Assembly: GCA_947085375.1 (NCBI GenBank)
Contig: CAMTWB010000008.1
Location: forward strand, 3,507-67,506
Direction: 5' to 3'
Source: an uncultured delta proteobacterium
GTDB lineage: Bacteria; Desulfobacterota; Syntrophia; Syntrophales; CAMTWB01
Length of the DNA stretch: 64,000 nt
Shown piece by piece: positions 6,634 to 14,262 of the stretch. The first letter of the stretch is position 1. Every line of letters starts with the position of its first letter. The position numbers and the translations under genes were made by a program. The notes under the pieces are model-generated. The model was not told the origin of the DNA, made no database searches, and saw nothing but the letters and a program-made list of their open reading frames with translations.

Positions 6634-7966
6634 GACGATTGATTCCCTGGGAGAATATCTGGCGTTCATGGAGGCCCGGGGGTGGCTCCTGACCATCCGT
6701 GAGGAGGTCGGGAGGAAGGATATCCCGGCCTTCATGGAGCGACTGTCGGGCCTGCGAAAGGCACTGCTCTTTGAGGCGGTGGCAGGTTACAACTGCCGGC
6801 TGGCGGCGAATATCGTCCCCTCCCACGAGGTCTTCAAGGTGCTTTTCGGCACGGAGAATCCCTATGACTACTTTCTCCAGGGGATACAGAAAACGGCGGG
6901 AAAGATCCTCCTTTCCGAACGGAAACTCGAAACGACAAGGGTGGCAGATCGGGATCTGACCGATTTTCTCCCCATCCTGACCCATTATGAAAAGGATTCG
7001 GCGCCCTTTATCACCACGGGCATTGTCTCCTCGCCCGATCCGGAGTCGGGCGTGGTGGGCCGGGGAATTCACCGGCTGGAATACCGGGGAGGGAATCGGC
7101 TCGGCCTGGCCCTGCTCAACCCTCCCCTTACCACGATTCGTGATAAATACCGGGCGCGGGGAGAGGCGATGCCGGTGGCCATCACCATCGGGGTTGATCC
7201 GGTGATCTTCCTCTCGATGGCCCTCAAGTCGCCTCCCGGAACGGACAAGCTGGAGGTAGCGGGAGGCCTGAAGGGAAGGGGGGTGGAGGTGATCGGCGCC
7301 TGTAATTCCTCTGCCGATGTCCCGGCCGCAGGCGAGTTCCTCCTGGAGGGATGCCTCGATGAGGGCAAAAGAAAGATAGACGGCCCCTTAGGGGAAATCA
7401 GCGGCTATTATCTGACCTTCGAGGAGTCCCCCACGGTCCTGGTGGACCGGCTGTCGCACCGGGAGAACCCCATCTACCATGCCCTCCTGCCCACGGCGCT
7501 GGAGGCCGATGCCTACCTGACCTTCGTCAGCCGGGCCCATCTGGAAGAAAACGCGAAGCGGCTTTTCCCCTTTATTGTGAACATTGCCTATATTCCCGGG
7601 ACCTTTGGCTCATCCCTCGTGGTTTGCGTCAAGACGGCGGAGAAATTCCGGATCAGAAATCTCCTCCTCTTTCTCCTTTCCTTTCCCATGATCAAGAAGG
7701 CCGTCATTGTGGATGATGATGTGAACCCGGAGGATTTGCGGGATGTGGAATGGGCCGTGGTGACCCGGTGCAAGGCCGACGAGGATATTATCATCCTGAA
7801 TCGTCTCCAGGGGCAGCCCATCGATCCCCTGGCCCAAGACACCTACGGGGTGACCAAGATCGGCATCAATGCCACGGTTGCGGGCAAAAGAATCGCCGAT
7901 CGGGTCAAGGTGACGGGCGGAAATACGGAGCGGATTGAGCGGATCATCTGCTCTCTGGGTTTTTGA
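6611..7966 (+). CDS. UbiD-family protein, paralog 3 (divergent)
   Basis: 451 aa with ITIGVDP, GPLGEISGYY and VIVDDDVNPEDLRDVEWAV. The NxGxYR motif is replaced by GRGIHR. It overlaps the preceding ORF by 23 nt. Confidence 0.8.
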   Translation: MSSPKACETIDSLGEYLAFMEARGWLLTIREEVGRKDIPAFMERLSGLRKALLFEAVAGYNCRLAANIVPSHEVFKVLFGTENPYDYFLQGIQKTAGKILLSERKLETTRVADRDLTDFLPILTHYEKDSAPFITTGIVSSPDPESGVVGRGIHRLEYRGGNRLGLALLNPPLTTIRDKYRARGEAMPVAITIGVDPVIFLSMALKSPPGTDKLEVAGGLKGRGVEVIGACNSSADVPAAGEFLLEGCLDEGKRKIDGPLGEISGYYLTFEESPTVLVDRLSHRENPIYHALLPTALEADAYLTFVSRAHLEENAKRLFPFIVNIAYIPGTFGSSLVVCVKTAEKFRIRNLLLFLLSFPMIKKAVIVDDDVNPEDLRDVEWAVVTRCKADEDIIILNRLQGQPIDPLAQDTYGVTKIGINATVAGKRIADRVKVTGGNTERIERIICSLGF

Positions 7967-8031
7967 TTGATCCGATGGATCGGTCGGATAGGTCGGATAA
8001 ACCCTAAACCAAATTAACAAAGGAGCATGTC

Positions 8032-9369
8032 ATGCCGCATCACAAGACATCCTGCTGGAATCCCCTCTTGGAGACCTTGCCCCGGGAGAGGCTCCGGGCG
8101 TTGCAACTGAAGAAATTTCAGCGGATTTTTGCCTGGGCCTATGATAACTCGCCCTTCTATAGAAGGCTCTATCAGGAGGCAGGTATAGAACCGGGGGATA
8201 TCAAGAACTTCGAGGACATCAAACGGGTTCCCAAGACGGACAAGGGGATGTTGAGAGAGGTTCAGAGCCGTCCCCCCTTTCCCTACGGGGATATCCTCGC
8301 GGTGCCCCTTGCGGAGGTCACCGCCTTTCGTCAAACCAGCGGCACCACAGGAACGCCCGTTTATCAAGCCGATACCTGGCAGGACTGGGAATGGTGGGCA
8401 GAGTGCTGGGCCTATATCCTTTACGCCCAGGGTTACAGAGACACCGACCGGGTTTTCATTCCCTTTGGCTACAATATTTTTGTGGCCTTCTGGGCCGGGC
8501 ATTACGGCGCAGAAAAACTGGGCTGCGAGGTCGTTCCCGGCGGGGTTTTGGACACCCGGGCGCGGATCATGAAGATGCAGGAACTAAAATGCACCGCCTT
8601 CATGGCCACGCCAACCTATGTCCTGGGGATGGCCGATGCGGCGAGGGAAATGGGCCTCGATCCAGCGAAGGATTTGTTCATCGAGAGGATCACCTGCGCC
8701 GGCGAACCGGGCGCCAGCATTCCCGCCACGAAACGGCGGATGGAGGAGGTCTGGGGCTGCCGGGTGTTCGATCATATCGGCGCCACGGAAATAGGGGCCT
8801 GGAGCTATGCCTGTCTCCAGCAGGAAACGGACCTCCACGTCAATGAGGCCTTCTTTCTGGTAGAAATCGAGGACGAACAAACCGGAGAGATTAGGGAAAC
8901 GCCGGCTAACCCGGGCAAAATGATCATTACCGCCTTCGACCGGCTGGGGAAGCCCTGTATCCGTTTTGATTCCAAGGATGTGATCCGCTGGGCGGATGGC
9001 GTCTGCGCCTGCGGCCGCACCTTCCGCTCCATCGAAGGGGGCGTAGTGGGCCGGGCGGATGACATCACCAAGGTTAAGGGGGTCCTCCTGGCCCCGACGG
9101 CAATCGAAGAGGTGGTGCGCGGCTTTGCCGCACTGGCCGATGAATATGAGGTACTGGTAACGAAAAAGGCGGACATAGACGACATTCTGCTTAAAGTGGA
9201 AATCAACCCCGGTTTTGAAGGCCAGGAAGAACGAATCCTCGCTCAACTGAAGGACCAACTCCGGGTGGTGACGAATCTTGGTTATCGGGTAGAGGTCCAT
9301 CCCCACGGGAGTCTCCCCCGTTACGAGGTAAAGGCCAAACGGTTCAAAGATTTGAGAAAACAGGAGTAA
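8032..9369 (+). CDS. Phenylacetate-CoA ligase (PaaK)-like adenylate-forming enzyme / aryl-acid CoA ligase
   Basis: 445 aa with the AMP-binding motif FRQTSGTTGTPV and PaaK/F390-synthetase family architecture. AAGGAG RBS. Confidence 0.8.
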   Translation: MPHHKTSCWNPLLETLPRERLRALQLKKFQRIFAWAYDNSPFYRRLYQEAGIEPGDIKNFEDIKRVPKTDKGMLREVQSRPPFPYGDILAVPLAEVTAFRQTSGTTGTPVYQADTWQDWEWWAECWAYILYAQGYRDTDRVFIPFGYNIFVAFWAGHYGAEKLGCEVVPGGVLDTRARIMKMQELKCTAFMATPTYVLGMADAAREMGLDPAKDLFIERITCAGEPGASIPATKRRMEEVWGCRVFDHIGATEIGAWSYACLQQETDLHVNEAFFLVEIEDEQTGEIRETPANPGKMIITAFDRLGKPCIRFDSKDVIRWADGVCACGRTFRSIEGGVVGRADDITKVKGVLLAPTAIEEVVRGFAALADEYEVLVTKKADIDDILLKVEINPGFEGQEERILAQLKDQLRVVTNLGYRVEVHPHGSLPRYEVKAKRFKDLRKQE

Positions 9370-9372
9370 CCC

Positions 9373-9555
9373 TTGGAAAATCAGGAAACGATCATCCAAC
9401 TGGACGAAAAAATCACCAGGCTGAGACAGGCCGCCCTGGATGTCCTGGCCTCCGGCGGCGAAATTGAGGCGGTAAAACGCAATATTACAAAAATCCTGGC
9501 CAATACCAGGATGCTCGAACTCAATGTCTCGGATGTTAGAGAGGCTGAGAGGTAG
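9373..9555 (+). CDS. Small hypothetical helical protein (60 aa, TTG start)
   Basis: The ORF begins 3 nt after the ligase stop. No recognisable motif. Confidence 0.35.
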   Translation: MENQETIIQLDEKITRLRQAALDVLASGGEIEAVKRNITKILANTRMLELNVSDVREAER

Positions 9556-9557
9556 AT

Positions 9558-9607
9558 AGGCTGAAGGCTATTAGGCTAAAAGACTTTCAGCCTTCAGTCT
9601 TCAGCCT
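9558..9607. terminator. Stem-loop between convergent genes (candidate bidirectional terminator)
   Basis: AGGCTGAAGGCT (9558-9569) can pair with AGTCTTCAGCCT (9596-9607; one G-T). It lies between the + strand ORF end (9555) and overlaps the Nudix stop (9594). Confidence 0.3.
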
Positions 9608-10160
9608 TCCGTCTCGTTCCCTCGCCCTGCTGCATGAAAAGGTGGTAGAAGGCGGCGATTACGAGGGCATTGGTGATGGCCCCCTCCCTGATGAGTTGCG
9701 GTATCTCCGCCAGCGGTTTTAAAATCACCGCAATATCCTCCCGTTCATCCTGGTCCTGTCCGCCGGCAAGATAGACGTCCCGGGCCAGATAGGTGAAGCA
9801 GCGGTTATTGAGGATCGCCGGATTGGGATGAACGCTTCCCAGACAAAGCAGGTCGTGACATTGATAGCCCGTTTCTTCCCGCAGTTCCCGCCGGGCCGCC
9901 TCCAAGGGCGGATCGTGATCCGTAAGCCCCCCGGGAATCTCCAGGGTTAAATCCCGGATGCCATGCCGGTACTGCTGCACGAGGACCACCTCATTTTGGG
10001 GGGTAAGCGGAATCACATTGACCCAGGTTGCTGATTCCAGGATGTAGAACTCGTGGGACTCTCCGGTCCGGGGAGAAGCGGCCCGGTCGGTGCGGATCCG
10101 GAAAATCCGGTAGGACTTGTCCAGGCAACTGGAAATAACCCTCCAGGGCTTAGGCGGCAT
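9594..10160 (-). CDS. Nudix hydrolase (ADP-ribose pyrophosphatase/NudF-like)
   Basis: Nudix box GGLTDHDPPLEAARRELREETGY (GX5EX7REUXEEXGU). Confidence 0.85.
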   Translation of the reverse strand: MPPKPWRVISSCLDKSYRIFRIRTDRAASPRTGESHEFYILESATWVNVIPLTPQNEVVLVQQYRHGIRDLTLEIPGGLTDHDPPLEAARRELREETGYQCHDLLCLGSVHPNPAILNNRCFTYLARDVYLAGGQDQDEREDIAVILKPLAEIPQLIREGAITNALVIAAFYHLFMQQGEGTRRKAED

Positions 10161-10261
10161 TTTTATCTCTCCTCTTTTGTGTCCACATGAAACCCCACCA
10201 ACTTGCCAGAAAAATTTTTCATCGCCTTATCTGCCCCCCTGATGACGGAAGTGGAAAAGCT

Positions 10262-11245
10262 TTACAGGCCAGCCCGGTACAACATTTCCCTTATCCTTTC
10301 CCGGACCGTCTCTACCATCTCCGGATGAAGAACAGGGCTTACGGGGCGCCAATTTTGCCAGGGTCCCAGGATATCACGGTAAAGGACCGCACAGGCCCGG
10401 GATATTTCCACCCTTCCCTGCGGGTCAACAACCGTTATACATTCCCCTAACGCCTGCACAAGACGATCCCTTTCCCCTTCGTCCTCCGTGTGGAATACGA
10501 CCACCCGGGTCGGGGCATCGGCCAGCGAGGCTCCAAACTTGCCGTACACATGTCCCCCGGGAAACCGTTTTTCATACTCGGCAAGGAGAGAAAGGCAATC
10601 ATCAAGGCTGGAGACGACGGCGGCGACCTTCCAGCAATTATAGGCCGAATTCAGGGTGATGACGTCGGACCCGGCCCGCAACTGCCCGTAGAGGTTCTGA
10701 ATGCAGGGCAGGCATTTCCCGTAGATGTTTTCCTTGTTTTGCTTCAGGGCGGGGTCGCTCTCAAAACTGACCCAAAAACTGCCGCCCTCCCGGTAGGGTA
10801 TCTTTCCCACGTATATCTGCCAGGGTGTATGACTGTTACTTCCGGATAAGGCGTAAGAAATGGTCAACAGGTCTCCATCATAGAGTCCCAGGGTTTCTTT
10901 GATATGAACCGGGGCCAGTATTTCCACGATATTTTCCCCGTGGACGTTTACCTCACCGGCGGGGATGATTAAGGCCCCCGCAATATCGCCCAGCCTGATC
11001 CCGATCGCTCTGGCCCGGCAATAATCTGGGTCGGGGGGGATCAGTTCCACCCCGTCCTCCTCTCGCAGACGGCGGAGAGAGGAATGAGAGTCCTTCGCTA
11101 CCTCCAGGTTAAGCGTCCCCGGGTAAGGCTTGAAACCCAGCTTCTCCCCGCATTGCCTTTGCACCCAATCCAGTTGCGTGAAAAAGGTCGCCTTACCCGT
11201 TCCGCTTTTTATACGGCCGGTGATCTGTAAACAATCATGTTCCAT
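10262..11245 (-). CDS. Archaeal-type (CTP-dependent, MJ0056/RibK-like) riboflavin kinase domain fused to a ~190-aa uncharacterised C-terminal domain
   Basis: The N-terminal ~135 aa carry GRIKSGTGKATFF, GFKPYPGTLNLEV and ENIVEILAPVHIKETLGLYDGD, matching the pattern I recall for MJ0056. The C-terminal half has no motif I recognise. Confidence 0.65.
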   Translation of the reverse strand: MEHDCLQITGRIKSGTGKATFFTQLDWVQRQCGEKLGFKPYPGTLNLEVAKDSHSSLRRLREEDGVELIPPDPDYCRARAIGIRLGDIAGALIIPAGEVNVHGENIVEILAPVHIKETLGLYDGDLLTISYALSGSNSHTPWQIYVGKIPYREGGSFWVSFESDPALKQNKENIYGKCLPCIQNLYGQLRAGSDVITLNSAYNCWKVAAVVSSLDDCLSLLAEYEKRFPGGHVYGKFGASLADAPTRVVVFHTEDEGERDRLVQALGECITVVDPQGRVEISRACAVLYRDILGPWQNWRPVSPVLHPEMVETVRERIREMLYRAGL

Positions 11246-11262
11246 AATTGCCCCGGTCCGTG

Positions 11263-11895
11263 TTACCGAAACCCTTGCGGCGTCATCTTACTTCGCTTTC
11301 CCGGCTTCCGGAGATTCTGCGCCCGCTGGCCATCCTCCCTTGTCCATCTTTGGAAAATGGGAAGTTTGATCCCGAAAAAATCCAGGGCCCGGCCGACCGT
11401 CTGATTCACAATATCTTCTATGGTCCGGGGTCGCCCGTAAAAACTGGGAATGGCCGGCATGATGAGGGCGCCCATCTCCGCGACCTGGAGCATCAGACGG
11501 AGGTGTCCCTTATGAAAGGGCGTTTCCCTGACCATCAGGAGGAGCCTTCTTTGTTCCTTCAGGGTTACATCGGCCGCGCGGATCAGCAGATTTACATTGA
11601 AAGAATTGGCCACGCCGGAGAGGGTTTTTATCGAGCAGGGGACCACGGCCATGCCGATGGTTTCAAAGGAGCCGCTGGCAATCGCCGCCCCGGTATTGTC
11701 AATGTCGTGGACGACATCGGCCAGACCCGTAACATAGTCAAGGGTATAATCCGTCTCCAGCATCAAGGTTTTCTCCGCCGCGTCCGAGATGACCAGATGC
11801 GTCTCGATATCGGTTTCCCTCAAGACCTCCAGCATCCGGACCCCGTAAACCGCCCCTGTTGCCCCCGATATGCCTATGACCAGTCTCTGCTTCAT
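11263..11895 (-). CDS. ubiX: UbiX flavin prenyltransferase (prFMN synthase)
   Basis: MKQRLVIGISGATGAVYG..., PCSIKTLSG and LKEQRRLLLMVRETP are typical of UbiX/Pad1. Start set at ATG 11895, preceded by AAGGGGAGGA. Confidence 0.9.
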   Translation of the reverse strand: MKQRLVIGISGATGAVYGVRMLEVLRETDIETHLVISDAAEKTLMLETDYTLDYVTGLADVVHDIDNTGAAIASGSFETIGMAVVPCSIKTLSGVANSFNVNLLIRAADVTLKEQRRLLLMVRETPFHKGHLRLMLQVAEMGALIMPAIPSFYGRPRTIEDIVNQTVGRALDFFGIKLPIFQRWTREDGQRAQNLRKPGKRSKMTPQGFR

Positions 11896-11915
11896 GTTCC
11901 TCCCCTTTAGATCAA

Positions 11916-12250
11916 TTATCTTCCCTTCAAGGAATTCCTGATAAGTTGAACGGGATGGGTTACCGGCAGACCCGTGAGATGGTGGATCTGCATCCGGCAA
12001 CCCTCGCAATCGGAGACCACCAAATCGGGATTAAGGTCCCTGATGGCCGCAGCCAGATCCGCGCCTATGGCCTGAGAAATGTCGTATTTCTCCTTCTTGA
12101 ACCCAAAGGCCCCGGCCAGACCGCAACAGTCCGCTTTGATCAGCTCCACCTCCAAGCGGGGGATCAGTTTCAGAAAATCCAGCGCCGGCAGGGAGATGCC
12201 GAGCACCTGAGATGACAGGGGGCAAAATAGGCCACCTTCCGGGGCAGGGG
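11916..12250 (-). pseudogene. Truncated, frameshifted remnant of a CCG-domain (HdrD/GlcF/LutA-like) Fe-S oxidoreductase
   Basis: The C-terminal CCG motif is intact (IKADCCGLAGAFGFKKEKY ... DCEGCRMQI). The upstream CCG-type segment KVAYFAPCHL sits in a different frame (shift near 12205-12215). Nothing resembling the N-terminal 4Fe-4S ferredoxin part lies upstream. Confidence 0.6.
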
Positions 12251-12372
12251 GAAAGCCTTTCCGCCAGGGCCAGGCCCTGGGGCTCCTTGTTTAAAAAATT
12301 GATAAGAACTTCCTTTTTCGTTGTAGGGGCGTACGAGTCTATGGTGACTATTTTTGATTGTCAAGGGATATT

Positions 12373-12414
12373 TTGCTGCTAACACCCCGGACATATCTAT
12401 TTGCTGCTAACACC
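12373..12414. repeat. 14-bp direct repeat TTGCTGCTAACACC (x2, 28-bp period)
   Basis: Copies at 12373-12386 and 12401-12414, both preceded by TAT(T)T, in non-coding DNA upstream of the FGGY kinase gene. Confidence 0.6.
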
Positions 12415-12621
12415 GAAAATGACGGGGGAAAGGCAAGAGTGGGGGATAGGGCGAATAGGGTCAGGCTTGCTTTGTTGTCTTTTGGTCTGTATAAGCTTGT
12501 TTATGGCTCGCAAACAGCGAATACACTACCCTGCTGGCGCTCTTTACCATGTCATTCTGCAAGAGCTTACGATGAAACCAGTTATGCAAGCCTGACCCTA
12601 TTATTCTTTGAGGGAGAGATC

Positions 12622-14229
12622 ATGTCGGCAATCGGCGAGAAATATATCCTGGCCCTGGACCTGGGCACCTCGGGACCCAAGGCAGCCCTGGTTGCCATCT
12701 GGGGCGAGATGGTCGCTACTTCCTTTGAGAAGAACGAGGTCATCCTCTTGCCCGACGGGGGCGCGGAGCAATGTCCTGATCAATGGTGGGCCGCGATTGT
12801 TCAGGCCATCCGCAAGTTGCTCGCAAAGGGGATTGTCCCGGCAGACGAAATAGTGGCGATCTGCTGCACCGGCCAGTGGTCGGGAACCGTGGCCGTGGAC
12901 AGGGACGGCGCGCCCCTGATGAATGCCATCATCTGGCTGGATTCCCGGGGACACCGCTATATTCGGGGCATCACCGGGGGGTTCTGCAAAATCGAGGGCT
13001 ACGGCCTCTTGAGGCTGCTGCGCTGGCTCCGGCTCACCGGCGGGATTCCCAGCCACTCAGGCAAGGATCCCCTCGCCCATATCCTGTTTATCAAATACGA
13101 ACACCCCGATATTTACCGTAGGACCTACAAGTTCCTCGAACCGAAGGATTATCTCAACCTGCGACTGACGGGCAGATTCGCCGCCTCTATCGATTCCATC
13201 GCGCTCCATTGGCTCACGGATAACCGGAATCTCCACCGGGTGGACTACGACCGGCGGTTGCTCAGGATGTCCGGCATGGAACGGGCCAAGTTTCCTGATC
13301 TTAAAAAGGCCGTTGAAGTGCTGGGACCAATAAAAAAGGAGGTTGCCCGGGAACTGGGGCTCAGGGAGGATGTCCAGGTGGTGACGGGAACGCCGGATGT
13401 CCACTCCGCCGCCATCGGCTCCGGGGCCGTGGGTGATTTTCAGGGCCATCTTTACATAGGAACATCATCCTGGCTCACTTGCCATGTACCATTTAAAAAG
13501 ACCGATATCTGGCACAATATGGCCTCCCTGCCCTCGGCGATTCCGGGGAAATATCTTATCGCCAACGAGCAGGAAATTGCCGGCGGCTATCTTCGTTTTC
13601 TCAGCGATACCCTCCTGCACCCCAAAGGCCATTTATCTGAAGAAGGGGACAGCGCCAATATTTTTCAGACCTTCGATAGAATCGTGGAAAAGACGCCCGC
13701 AGGCAGCCACAAGGTGATTGTCACCCCCTGGCTCTACGGGGAGCGGACCCCCGTGGAGAACCATTCCCTCCGCTCCGGCATTCACAACCTGTCCCTCTCC
13801 ACCAGTCGGGAGGATTTGATCAGGGCAACCTTTGAAGGGGTGGCGTACAATTCCCGGTGGCTGCTGGGTCATGTGGAAAAGTTTATCCGGCGCCCGCTGG
13901 ACCCGATCCACATGGTTGGCGGCGGGGCCAACTCGGAGATCTGGTGTCAGATCCATGCCGATGTCTTTAACCGAACCGTCAGGCAGGTAAAGGATCCCCT
14001 TTGGGCCAACCTGAGAGGAGCAGCCTTTCTCGCCGCAGTATCCCTGGGCTATCTCCGCTTCGAGGATATTCCGGCCCGCGTGAAAATCGCCAATACCTTT
14101 TCACCCAACCAGGATAATCGCCGGATATACGATGAATTATTTCGGGAGTTTTTACATATCTACCAGTGCAACAAGGACATTTACAGACGGCTCAATAGCA
14201 CGCAAGAGACTTTCTCGCCCTGCCCTTAA
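12622..14229 (+). CDS. FGGY-family carbohydrate kinase (xylulokinase/glycerol kinase-like)
   Basis: YILALDLGTSGPKAALV, IIWLDSRG, and the C-terminal GGGANSEIWCQIHADV. Start set at ATG 12622 after GAGGGAGAG; the 88-codon N-terminal extension in the track is non-coding-looking. Confidence 0.85.
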   Translation: MSAIGEKYILALDLGTSGPKAALVAIWGEMVATSFEKNEVILLPDGGAEQCPDQWWAAIVQAIRKLLAKGIVPADEIVAICCTGQWSGTVAVDRDGAPLMNAIIWLDSRGHRYIRGITGGFCKIEGYGLLRLLRWLRLTGGIPSHSGKDPLAHILFIKYEHPDIYRRTYKFLEPKDYLNLRLTGRFAASIDSIALHWLTDNRNLHRVDYDRRLLRMSGMERAKFPDLKKAVEVLGPIKKEVARELGLREDVQVVTGTPDVHSAAIGSGAVGDFQGHLYIGTSSWLTCHVPFKKTDIWHNMASLPSAIPGKYLIANEQEIAGGYLRFLSDTLLHPKGHLSEEGDSANIFQTFDRIVEKTPAGSHKVIVTPWLYGERTPVENHSLRSGIHNLSLSTSREDLIRATFEGVAYNSRWLLGHVEKFIRRPLDPIHMVGGGANSEIWCQIHADVFNRTVRQVKDPLWANLRGAAFLAAVSLGYLRFEDIPARVKIANTFSPNQDNRRIYDELFREFLHIYQCNKDIYRRLNSTQETFSPCP

Positions 14230-14262
14230 AGTACGGTGAAACGCTCTGCCCGGGGGAATGAC

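Noticed and set aside
12358-12621. An 88-codon N-terminal extension of the FGGY kinase; analogous upstream extensions occur at 34245 (mazG), 35213 (lpxL-like), 36228 (waaF-like), 11896-12009 (ubiX), 22893-22973 (ATPase-PglZ) and 55457-55573 (ftsQ)
   Set aside because: Internal start codons with good RBS match the canonical family N-termini. The extensions overlap upstream genes or repeats and look non-coding.
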